Virus record (IMG/VR): IMGVR_UViG_3300043173_000726
Span: 1-31,736 of that record
Source of the DNA: a virus
Lineage: Duplodnaviria > Caudoviricetes
Reading direction: 5' to 3' (one strand)
DNA length: 31,736 nucleotides
This document shows, piece by piece, positions 1 through 7,876 of this stretch (the stretch's first letter is position 1; each line of letters starts with the position of its first letter). Under the pieces are notes generated by a model. It did not search any database. It saw nothing but the letters and a program-made list of their open reading frames with translations, and was not told where the DNA came from. A program made the position numbers and the translations under genes.

Positions 1-1
1 T

Positions 2-1156
2 GTATTCAATGAAGATATAACGCTTGAAGCAGAAAAAAGATACATAATTCCTGAGGTAAAAATATATGCAAATTCGTGGAATACTGATGTACCTGAGTAT
101 GATGAATGGGTAAAGAAAACAATTGAAAAGCAAGAGGAGAAAGAAAAATACCTTCAAACCATCTTAAAAGAAAGATTACCAAAAGATGAAGCTAAAAGAT
201 TCATAAGAGAAAACGGTCTTGATATATTCTCTTTCTCAGGTAAGTATAAGAATAAAAGGGAAAAGATCAATGGTATATATGTTGAAATGTCTGCTATTCA
301 TTTCAGACGGATCCAAGTCGGAGATAAGATTGGTAACCGTCATGGGAATAAAGGAGTTATTGCAAAAATTATTCCTCATGATAAAATGCCACAAATCGAA
401 GATGGAAGACATCTAGATATATGCATAAACCCTCTTGGTATTATTTCAAGAATGAATCTTGGTCAGTTATATGAACTTCGATTATCAATGATTTTAGAAG
501 ACTTAAAAGGAATCTTATTGCTTATAAACTCTCAAGGAGCTAAGCAAAAAGATATTAAAAGATTTCTATTAGGGTTCATAAAAATTGTTGATAAAACTGA
601 GGGTCAATGGTATTTTAATCAATTCAAAGCTCAGCTTCCCAAAGTTATCGATGAAGAATTTATAAATAATTTAACTCTTATTCAACCGCCATTTGAATCG
701 TGTAAGATTGAAGACATACAGGAAGCCATAAAATATACTCAAACAAAATTTAAGCAAGAGATTTATGATCCGGTATCAAAAACAAAGCTGGTGAATAAAA
801 TTGCGGTTGGGTATATATATTTCTTCCGTATGGTTCATATTGCTGCAGAGAAGTTAGCTGCTAGAGGTATAGGTAGTTATGCAAAACGAACTCTTCAACC
901 TCTAGGAGGCAGAAAGAATAAGGGTGGACAACGATGTGGAGAAATGGAAACCGCATGTATTATTGGCCATGATGCTCCTTGTAATCTATTTGAATTTCTT
1001 ACAACAAAATCAGATTGTATTGATTTGAAAAACAGATATATCCGTAATTTTATAGATAGCGATCTGATTGATGAATCAAAGGAATTAGATACAAGACCAG
1101 AATCAGTTAAACTGTTAAATGCTTATCTCACAGTGTTAGGAGTTGAACACAAATGA
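2..1156 (+). CDS. rpoB: Phage DNA-directed RNA polymerase beta subunit (RpoB-like), C-terminal part; 5' end lies outside the window
   Basis: The frame of the 287..1156 ORF is open back to base 2. Motifs GDKIGNRHGNKGVI, DICINPLGIISRMNLGQLYE, QPLGGRKNKGGQRCGEME, LTTKSD and PESVKLL match conserved RpoB C-terminal blocks. Confidence 0.95.
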   Translation, partial: VFNEDITLEAEKRYIIPEVKIYANSWNTDVPEYDEWVKKTIEKQEEKEKYLQTILKERLPKDEAKRFIRENGLDIFSFSGKYKNKREKINGIYVEMSAIHFRRIQVGDKIGNRHGNKGVIAKIIPHDKMPQIEDGRHLDICINPLGIISRMNLGQLYELRLSMILEDLKGILLLINSQGAKQKDIKRFLLGFIKIVDKTEGQWYFNQFKAQLPKVIDEEFINNLTLIQPPFESCKIEDIQEAIKYTQTKFKQEIYDPVSKTKLVNKIAVGYIYFFRMVHIAAEKLAARGIGSYAKRTLQPLGGRKNKGGQRCGEMETACIIGHDAPCNLFEFLTTKSDCIDLKNRYIRNFIDSDLIDESKELDTRPESVKLLNAYLTVLGVEHK

Positions 1157-1365
1157 CAAGCATGATCAACGCAAATCAATTTCAAGACTATGTAAGGCAA
1201 AAAGAACACGCTGCCTCAATATATGATACTTGTTCTACTTCTTTTTCTTATACCACCACTACGGGGCAGAACTTTATTAATATTAAAGACAAAGAAGAAG
1301 ATGAAGAAATAACTCAAGCTCTTCCCGACACTCATATCTTTGATCCGGAGGATTTATTCTTATGA
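1153..1365 (+). CDS. Hypothetical acidic protein (70 aa)
   Basis: ATGA overlaps with both neighbours, typical of translational coupling; no recognised motif. Confidence 0.6.
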   Translation: MTSMINANQFQDYVRQKEHAASIYDTCSTSFSYTTTTGQNFINIKDKEEDEEITQALPDTHIFDPEDLFL

Positions 1366-1619
1366 CTAAAACAATGAAATGTCTACAATGTGGATCTGAT
1401 ATTATGTTTTCTTATATAAGACCAGAAAAATCATTTCGAATTGATGAAGATGGAAAAATAGTTCGAGATGATGCATGGACTGGGCCAGGATATGATGATC
1501 CACACTTCAAGTTCTATTGTTCAGAAGATCGAGAACATGATCTTGGTGATGAGTTAGAAATTCAAAATTGGCAAGAGGATGTAGAACATGAGTTCAAACG
1601 ACAAAACTTGTTTGCCTGA
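1362..1619 (+). CDS. Small putative zinc-ribbon protein
   Basis: N-terminal CLQCG and a later C-x5-H (CSEDREH); coupled to the upstream ORF. Confidence 0.6.
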   Translation: MTKTMKCLQCGSDIMFSYIRPEKSFRIDEDGKIVRDDAWTGPGYDDPHFKFYCSEDREHDLGDELEIQNWQEDVEHEFKRQNLFA

Positions 1620-2460
1620 TATACAATGTGATACACCAGGCATAAAAATACCAATACAAAGAGTCGGGGTCGAAAACGTAGAGGTTCCTTTTACACTTGA
1701 ATCAAAGTATGGAGGATTCAATCAAATGGTTGCAAACGTAGCTATGGGAACTAATCTGAATGAAGCAACAAAAGGAATCTCTATGTCCAGACTTATTAGG
1801 ACTCTCAAACCTTATTTAGATCTTCCCTTAAAAAGTAAATTAATAAAAGAAATTATAACTGCAATGCTTAATCAAGTTGGTGGTAGTCAAGCATTCATGA
1901 AATTCAATTTTAGGTTACCAAGGATAAGAGAATCAATTAAATCTAAGAATCGATTTCCCATATATTATAAATGTAGATTTCAGGGCGAAGTCACCTGGAT
2001 AATGGGGCAACCAATGGATACTTTAAAATTCAGATTCTTTCAAGCAGTTACAGTGCAATATGCTTCATATTGTCCATGTTCAGCAGAGTTATGTAATGCT
2101 TTAGAAGAACCTGGGTTTCCTCATAATCAAAGATCATTTACTCATATTTTGATTGAGACAGATGATACAGCTTATATATGGTTAGAGGACTTGATTGAAG
2201 CTGTTGAACGTGTAATACCAACCTTACCTTATCCGATTATCAAAAGGGAAGACGAACAAGAAATTGGTCGAATCGCAGCACAGAATCCCATGTTTGTTGA
2301 AGATGCAATTCGAGCGATTTCACAATCAATTAATTCAATTGCAGGTATTCATGATTGGATAATTAAATGTAGTCATGAAGAATCTATTCATACCTCTGAA
2401 GCAATTGCAATTAATTGGAAGGGAATTCAAAATGGTTTTGACGGAAGACGTTTTATCTAA
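1588..2460 (+). CDS. folE2: GTP cyclohydrolase I, type IB (FolE2/MptA family)
   Basis: LPDIQ, IQRVGV, KGISMSRL, CPCS, PHNQRS, KREDE, NPMFVEDAIR and HEESIH match FolE2 signature blocks. Confidence 0.93.
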   Translation: MSSNDKTCLPDIQCDTPGIKIPIQRVGVENVEVPFTLESKYGGFNQMVANVAMGTNLNEATKGISMSRLIRTLKPYLDLPLKSKLIKEIITAMLNQVGGSQAFMKFNFRLPRIRESIKSKNRFPIYYKCRFQGEVTWIMGQPMDTLKFRFFQAVTVQYASYCPCSAELCNALEEPGFPHNQRSFTHILIETDDTAYIWLEDLIEAVERVIPTLPYPIIKREDEQEIGRIAAQNPMFVEDAIRAISQSINSIAGIHDWIIKCSHEESIHTSEAIAINWKGIQNGFDGRRFI

Positions 2461-3148
2461 AGAACCTTGGGGAGAAACTTATTGGGAATCGCATCAAGGA
2501 TATAATTTTGGATGGGCAGGACAGCGAGCAACTCACTTTGAGTTCCAAGCTCAATTTAAATTAGTCCAAGATACACCACAAGGATTTTGGAAACGTGGTG
2601 ATATAATCCTATTTGGTTCAGGATACTGGAATTGGCATAAACAATATGAATGGAAAAAATGGTTTATGACCCAAGAAGATTATTTAAATAATCTTCATAA
2701 TGATGAATCAATTTCAAGAGATAAAAGAATTCCCATGTATGCGAGATCAGAATATGGTATGATGATTTCAAGATATAAATGGATAAAGGATAAAGGTTAT
2801 AAAGTATTTTATGATTATGGTTCTATAATTATGATGTTAACTGGATCAAAAGCTGGTCACATAAGAAGATACTATATAAAAACTCCTTATAACTTTTTAA
2901 CAAGTTATCCCTATGATCACATAATGCCATACTATGTAAAGCAAGGAATTACTAAAATACCCGAGGTTGGAAGAATACAAGAAGCAATGAATTATTCAGA
3001 TACCAAAGATCAATTCATATTAAATATGATTGAATCATTTAATAATCCAAACTATGCAAAGGAGAAAGAATGCGAGTATCAGTCTCATACGGATTTGGAG
3101 AAGAAAACCGATACAATCAATCTTCCATTCCAAAAGACATTCAGTTAG
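2432..3148 (+). CDS. Hypothetical Trp/Tyr-rich protein
   Basis: Long ORF; start moved to ATG 2432 to reduce overlap with folE2; the 3' end overlaps the next gene by 79 nt. Confidence 0.6.
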   Translation: MVLTEDVLSKEPWGETYWESHQGYNFGWAGQRATHFEFQAQFKLVQDTPQGFWKRGDIILFGSGYWNWHKQYEWKKWFMTQEDYLNNLHNDESISRDKRIPMYARSEYGMMISRYKWIKDKGYKVFYDYGSIIMMLTGSKAGHIRRYYIKTPYNFLTSYPYDHIMPYYVKQGITKIPEVGRIQEAMNYSDTKDQFILNMIESFNNPNYAKEKECEYQSHTDLEKKTDTINLPFQKTFS

Positions 3149-3789
3149 CGATATTCAAAAGCGATCTCTTTTGGAATAATAAGGATAGTATTGTAAAACA
3201 ACTTAATGAAAATAAAACAAATGTTAATATAGTTCATCTCCCGCTAGACACATTAAAACAAGAACCTCATGATATATTTAGGATGATAGATTTGTTTAGA
3301 AGTGAATTTGAATGTAGATACTTTGTTATACATCCAAATAAATTAATAAAACAATTTGTATCATTCTTTCAAACAACCAAACGTGACGCAATATTATGTA
3401 TTGAAAATTTTCAATGGAGAAAGAAAAAGGTTTTAAGAACTCCATTAGAAATTATAGATTACATAAATTGGATTAATGAACCTCATGAAAATCCATGTGC
3501 CAGAATGACATTCGACACAAGTCATGCTGAAGAAATTTGGTTCGATCATAGAATAATGTCGTTCTTGTTAAAACATATATCAATTATTCATTTATCTAAT
3601 CGAATTGGAAAGAAATCACACTTACCGTTTAATGTGCCAGGTGGAGATTTAAACTTGGTGGGGTTTGTATTAGATCTTAAACATAAATATCATTGGAATG
3701 GAGATATTGTTTTAGAGTATATGGAAGAACACAGTCATAAATTATACAAAAACCATCAATATCTCAAACGATTATTAGGAGAGATATAA
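3070..3789 (+). CDS. Xylose-isomerase-like TIM-barrel metalloenzyme (AP endonuclease 2 / sugar-phosphate isomerase superfamily)
   Basis: Ordered motifs VHLP, VIHP, CIEN, TFDTSHA, IHLSN, HLP, IVLEY; SD AAGGAG upstream. Confidence 0.8.
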   Translation: MRVSVSYGFGEENRYNQSSIPKDIQLAIFKSDLFWNNKDSIVKQLNENKTNVNIVHLPLDTLKQEPHDIFRMIDLFRSEFECRYFVIHPNKLIKQFVSFFQTTKRDAILCIENFQWRKKKVLRTPLEIIDYINWINEPHENPCARMTFDTSHAEEIWFDHRIMSFLLKHISIIHLSNRIGKKSHLPFNVPGGDLNLVGFVLDLKHKYHWNGDIVLEYMEEHSHKLYKNHQYLKRLLGEI

Positions 3790-3790
3790 T

Positions 3791-4141
3791 ATGAGACAAG
3801 AAGATGTAATTGCACTCTATGAAAAGGAAAGAGATTATGAGACCTCTGTGTTCGGAGATTATAGTCAAGTCAAATCTCTTAACCTTGCAAGTTTTATAAC
3901 GTTTTTAGATATTTATATGACAAAAGTTAAATCTGCCTATGCAGGCAAATGGGAAAAAGAGTTACCTCCATGGCTGCTAACATGTAAAGAACATCAGCAA
4001 GATGGAAACGCACCTGTAAAAGCGTATGAAGAAATAATAAAAATCATGGCTCTTGCTGGAGCCACACTCGAAGCGTATACCGCAATCGACGTATCAAAAT
4101 GGCGAGAAGATCTAGAAGCCGAAATGAAAAAATGGAAATAG
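3791..4141 (+). CDS. Putative MazG-like all-alpha NTP pyrophosphohydrolase
   Basis: N-terminal EKERDYE..FG and C-terminal YEEIIKIMALAGATLE resemble phage MazG-like proteins; SD AGGAG. Confidence 0.45.
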   Translation: MRQEDVIALYEKERDYETSVFGDYSQVKSLNLASFITFLDIYMTKVKSAYAGKWEKELPPWLLTCKEHQQDGNAPVKAYEEIIKIMALAGATLEAYTAIDVSKWREDLEAEMKKWK

Positions 4142-4155
4142 GAGGAGTAACTCGT

Positions 4156-4914
4156 ATGAATGAAAATTTATCCGAACTAGTTCAAAGCGAAACAGATGAA
4201 GCAATAGTATTTTCAGAGACAGATTTAGATTTGCCTGAAGAAACTGCTACTGAAGCACCTGCAACAGAAGAGGAAGTAGTAGTAGCTGATAATACTAACT
4301 TAATTGGAATTGCAACTCTTGGTCCCTGGTTCGAAGCAAATTCTGCAAACTTTGGCAACATCAATCAAGTCAAAGTATCAATTAGAGGAATCGATCCAGC
4401 TGCAAATCTTATCATTGCTATTGAAGATGGCAGTGGGGAATTAGATGACACAGACGAGCCCAAGAGACAATTGAAGGTATTTGACAATGCAGATACTCAA
4501 CCCGTATTAGATCTGCCAGGTTATAGTATGCAGATTTACAACAACGGTTTCAGAGTTATCTGTGAATATATTGACAATATATTCATTAAATGTTATGGCA
4601 TCCGAACCGGTCTCATCGCTGTATTCTGCAACAACATAAATGGAGTTCTTATTCCGTACAATGTGAGCAAGATCAAACGATCAGATGAGATGGTTGAAGT
4701 TGTCAGAAAGAGTCCCGCTGAAGTCGAAGTCAAATTGACAGAGACTACAAACTTAGAAGACCTTCAACTCAGATACAAACAAGCATCAAAAGCTGTTGAT
4801 GAAATTACCACAAATCAAAGTGCAATTGAATGGTTGATCGCAAGACAAGAAGAAATCTACGATATTAACCATCACCTGCAAATTGACAATGTTATTATCG
4901 AAACATTAGAATAA
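4156..4914 (+). CDS. Hypothetical acidic protein
   Basis: Strong SD GGAGGAG (4141-4147) favours ATG 4156 over 4099; Glu/Thr-rich N-terminus, helical C-terminus. Confidence 0.75.
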   Translation: MNENLSELVQSETDEAIVFSETDLDLPEETATEAPATEEEVVVADNTNLIGIATLGPWFEANSANFGNINQVKVSIRGIDPAANLIIAIEDGSGELDDTDEPKRQLKVFDNADTQPVLDLPGYSMQIYNNGFRVICEYIDNIFIKCYGIRTGLIAVFCNNINGVLIPYNVSKIKRSDEMVEVVRKSPAEVEVKLTETTNLEDLQLRYKQASKAVDEITTNQSAIEWLIARQEEIYDINHHLQIDNVIIETLE

Positions 4915-4920
4915 GGAGTT

Positions 4921-5003
4921 TGGGTGGGGAATCTGGACGTATACTTCGGACCATTTCCATAAGGACGTCCGTGGGACAAGTGAATGCCATAATTCCCCAC
5001 CCA
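4921..5003 (+). ncRNA. GC-rich structured intergenic RNA/leader closed by a 12-bp stem
   Basis: TGGGTGGGGAAT (4921-4932) is the exact reverse complement of ATTCCCCACCCA (4992-5003); inner stem GGACGT (4935-4940)/ACGTCC (4965-4970); CTTCGG at 4944-4949. Confidence 0.5.
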
Positions 5004-5013
5004 TCTTTTCAAA

Positions 5014-5745
5014 ATGGAACTTAATAAAAACCTCAATCTGGTATTAAAAGATGTATTTCTATATGACATAGAGGCATGTCATTACACGATTCTAAAAAAT
5101 CTAGGATATGATATGTCCGAAATAAATTATGAAGATAAGTTTGAAAGAAACAAAAAAATCGGCCAGATGATGAGAGAAAATCCTAGGTTAATATCTCAAT
5201 TAAGAACCAAAACCGAAACAACAATCGATGAATACATTCTGAAAAATAATGTTGTTGAAGATGACATTGTCATACGTCAATACGATGGACTTTTATTGAC
5301 AAGAGGTTTGAGGGAAACACATGTAACTGAAATCCCTTTAGAGCTCAGAAGAAGCTTTGAAATATTTATCATGTCAATTAATCGGACAAAATATATTGCT
5401 AGAGACAGCAGGGGAAAAACATCAATCAAAGGAATTCCTTTTCGGTATCCTCAAATAGACGATCTCTATGAGCGCATATGTAAGATTAACTTTAGCAATA
5501 AGTCGGCAATTTTTAAAACACTTCACAAAATTAAACATCAATTCTTAAATTCAACAGACCCTTTCTTATTCGGAGTTCCTCTAAAAAATGGAAAATTCAA
5601 TATCTATTTAAAAGCTTACGGAGAATTAGAAATTTCAAAACCAACTATAAAGATAATGGATACAGATGATATTGATAAACAGAGATATTTTGATCTCTAT
5701 ATAACACCGTTTACAAAAAGTATAGTAGTTGAATTTATAAGGTAA
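5014..5745 (+). CDS. Short DNA-polymerase palm-like protein (family B/A-like motifs, no exonuclease domain)
   Basis: YDIEACHYTIL resembles motif A and IRQYDGLLL motif C; later KYIA...IKG and DIDKQRYFDLYI resemble PolB thumb features; only 243 aa. Confidence 0.55.
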   Translation: MELNKNLNLVLKDVFLYDIEACHYTILKNLGYDMSEINYEDKFERNKKIGQMMRENPRLISQLRTKTETTIDEYILKNNVVEDDIVIRQYDGLLLTRGLRETHVTEIPLELRRSFEIFIMSINRTKYIARDSRGKTSIKGIPFRYPQIDDLYERICKINFSNKSAIFKTLHKIKHQFLNSTDPFLFGVPLKNGKFNIYLKAYGELEISKPTIKIMDTDDIDKQRYFDLYITPFTKSIVVEFIR

Positions 5746-5748
5746 AAA

Positions 5749-5991
5749 ATGAAATGCCCATGCAAAAATTGTATAACACTACCTGCTTGTCAAAATGAAG
5801 ATATATATTCATTAGTAATGAAATGTTCTATCATAAGTAAATATCTACACATTACAGAAACAAGACTTGAAATAGATAAAAAATATGGAACACTTCGTCA
5901 AACTGTATTTTCTAACCATAATTCATTAGTTCATAAATACAAACTTATAAAAATAAAAAAGTATATATCACACACATTTAAAATAGACTAA
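5749..5991 (+). CDS. Small Cys-rich protein (CPCxxCxxxPxC type)
   Basis: MKCPCKNCITLPAC...KC; similar N-terminus to 26158..26415. Confidence 0.6.
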   Translation: MKCPCKNCITLPACQNEDIYSLVMKCSIISKYLHITETRLEIDKKYGTLRQTVFSNHNSLVHKYKLIKIKKYISHTFKID

Positions 5992-6000
5992 AAAGGAGAT

Positions 6001-6597
6001 ATGATGGATAAAGCATCAACAATTTTAAATATAGCAGCAGGAAAGTTCTATCCTGTTGATATGGCAGAACTCGAACCTGCTTTCCTAGTTAATGTGGACA
6101 CAATGTATTATAGCAATACAGCTATTGATAGAATCGAAAGAGAATTAAAAGCATGGAACGATATTGTAACAAAAAGCTTCAATATCAATGCTGATATATT
6201 TCAATTTATGGAACGTACAACAATAATGTTTGATAGAGTCTGTATATACAGATTTCTAGAACATGTTTCTATGGATAAGGTTCTTTATTTTATATATCTT
6301 CTTTCAACTGTGACCAAACCAGGTGCCATTATTGATGTTATAGTTCCCAACTATGAAATATTAGCTAGAATGATTTTAAACGAAATTCCATTAGATGGAA
6401 ATTTTGAAGCTCATAATATACAACTAACCACCGAACTTCTCAATGAACCCTCATGTCCACATGCATCCATATGGACCGAAGCTAGAGCTGAACATTTCTT
6501 TGGACTTGAAGGAAGGTTTGAAGTAACCGAATGTAATGTAAACTATGAATTTGATGGTCGAGATATTTATCTTCGATTCTTAGCGAGGAGAATATAA
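6001..6597 (+). CDS. Class I SAM-dependent methyltransferase-like protein
   Basis: ILNIAAGK (motif I-like), NVD, NADIF, FDRVCIYRFLEHV and KPGAIIDVIVPN follow the class I MTase pattern; SD AAGGAG. Confidence 0.7.
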   Translation: MMDKASTILNIAAGKFYPVDMAELEPAFLVNVDTMYYSNTAIDRIERELKAWNDIVTKSFNINADIFQFMERTTIMFDRVCIYRFLEHVSMDKVLYFIYLLSTVTKPGAIIDVIVPNYEILARMILNEIPLDGNFEAHNIQLTTELLNEPSCPHASIWTEARAEHFFGLEGRFEVTECNVNYEFDGRDIYLRFLARRI

Positions 6598-6890
6598 TGG
6601 CACCAAGAATTTTCGGGACAGGTGATGGACCTGGCGGAGCAACACAGGTTATAAATGCCCATTTTGTTATTGCACTTCATGACGATGGAAAAATAAGGAT
6701 ATTGAAAGATCGATTTCAAGGTATAACCGGAGAAGTACAAATGGATGATGCAATTGAAGGGGTATCTCTATTAATATCGCATGGAGTATTTGGAGAGAAT
6801 AAATTAAAACTATTTCAAGAAGGTCTATGTAAAGAAATTCAAATAGCAATAAAAGATACAATTGAAAAATTTCATTCTAAAAGGAGGTGA
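6597..6890 (+). CDS. Hypothetical protein with a segment resembling the SF4 helicase C-terminal motif
   Basis: AHFVIALH...IRILKDRFQGITG; SD GAGGAG upstream; coupled to the MTase gene. Confidence 0.55.
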   Translation: MAPRIFGTGDGPGGATQVINAHFVIALHDDGKIRILKDRFQGITGEVQMDDAIEGVSLLISHGVFGENKLKLFQEGLCKEIQIAIKDTIEKFHSKRR

Positions 6891-6894
6891 TATA

Positions 6895-7794
6895 ATGTCT
6901 TCACCATTTGCTATAAGAGCAGAAGACATGGGACTTAATATAGACAAAGCATATAAAGGAATGTATAGTTATCAGGATAGTTTCAGTGAAGTTATATATA
7001 GACAGTTCTTCACTTTAGCAGGTCCGGGCAATCCAATTGAAAAAGACGACTGGACCGATGATCTTGAAATTCCATATCTCGGAGTTTTTACTAAACAACC
7101 TGATCAGGCAAATTATGTCTATGCCGGTTATGTGTCAAATCTATATAAGTTTGTAGGAAATGATTCACTATGTATACCAATAAGGGATTCCATTGCAGCT
7201 TCAGGGAATCCGATCCTGAGAGAAGCTGCCATATTCTCAGGAGACTATGCAAAAATGAGAAATGAAATCATTATTCAAAGCAGTGTTGCATCTCCGATAG
7301 CTGGAGATATATTACCTGTAATGATCGTCAGCAACAGCTATAATGGAACTAAGCGAGCATCTCTTTCTTTTGGTTTAGCCACGGCACATGATCTTACAGA
7401 TTATGTAACATTTGCATTTCAACTTGGTGAAATAAACATGATTCATATTGAAAGTTCTGATACAAACATGACAACTGCGGTATCAGATTATGTTCAAACC
7501 TTTAGAGAGAACATAAGCATGATGATCACCCACAGCTTTAACAAGCAGTTGACAGAAGAAGAAATGCTTGCAACTCTAGATCTCGTCGAAGGAATAGGAA
7601 AGAGAAGACGCGAGATTATTTCTGAGAATCTCCCTTCAACCGTAACAGCTTGGGGAATGTTTCTCGCAATTGTTAAGTATAGCAGCTTTGAAGCTAACTT
7701 GAACGCAAAGAAAATGCTAGAGAATATTGCTGAAAGCGTCCTGGTCATACCCGGACGGATGTATGATGTTATAGACAGACTTAATCAGTCTTAG
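6895..7794 (+). CDS. DUF932/DUF945-like phage protein
   Basis: VSNLYKFVGN and ILPVMIVSNSYNGTKRASLSFG resemble DUF932 blocks; SD AGGAGGTGA supports ATG 6895. Confidence 0.5.
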   Translation: MSSPFAIRAEDMGLNIDKAYKGMYSYQDSFSEVIYRQFFTLAGPGNPIEKDDWTDDLEIPYLGVFTKQPDQANYVYAGYVSNLYKFVGNDSLCIPIRDSIAASGNPILREAAIFSGDYAKMRNEIIIQSSVASPIAGDILPVMIVSNSYNGTKRASLSFGLATAHDLTDYVTFAFQLGEINMIHIESSDTNMTTAVSDYVQTFRENISMMITHSFNKQLTEEEMLATLDLVEGIGKRRREIISENLPSTVTAWGMFLAIVKYSSFEANLNAKKMLENIAESVLVIPGRMYDVIDRLNQS

Positions 7795-7811
7795 GAAACA
7801 TCATCTGCGAT

Positions 7812-7846
7812 AAAGAGGGGTTACCATCCATGACCCCTCTTTTTTT
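7812..7846 (+). terminator. Intrinsic terminator ending the left non-structural operon
   Basis: AAAGAGGGGT (7812-7821)/ACCCCTCTTT (7833-7842) stem with a T7 run (7840-7846). Confidence 0.85.
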
Positions 7847-7859
7847 GGAACAAAATATA
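7847..7859 (+). promoter_or_regulatory. Putative late promoter, motif L (GGAACAAAATATA)
   Basis: Immediately after the terminator and before the first morphogenesis gene; 12/13 identical to the copies at 24145 and 29281 on the minus strand. Confidence 0.65.
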
Positions 7860-7876
7860 AAAAAGGGGAGTATTTA

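Noticed and set aside
1153-1630. ORF 1153 as a broken-off N-terminus of FolE2 (ALPDTH versus CLPDIQ)
   Set aside because: Only a three-residue match with little nucleotide identity; not supportable
4924-5003. tRNA: acceptor-like stem ending in CCA, about 80 nt, with a GTG in a small hairpin
   Set aside because: No T-loop (GTTCRA), D-arm or 7-nt anticodon loop; the CCA is part of the longer 12-bp stem
4924-5016. T4 gene 60-style translational bypass from the uORF into the polymerase frame
   Set aside because: Three in-frame stops intervene, and the matching CCA landing codons are either followed by a stop or out of frame
5014-5745. Reverse transcriptase / bona fide retron
   Set aside because: No YxDD, NAxxH or VTG motifs; the upstream RNA is shorter than a typical msr-msd
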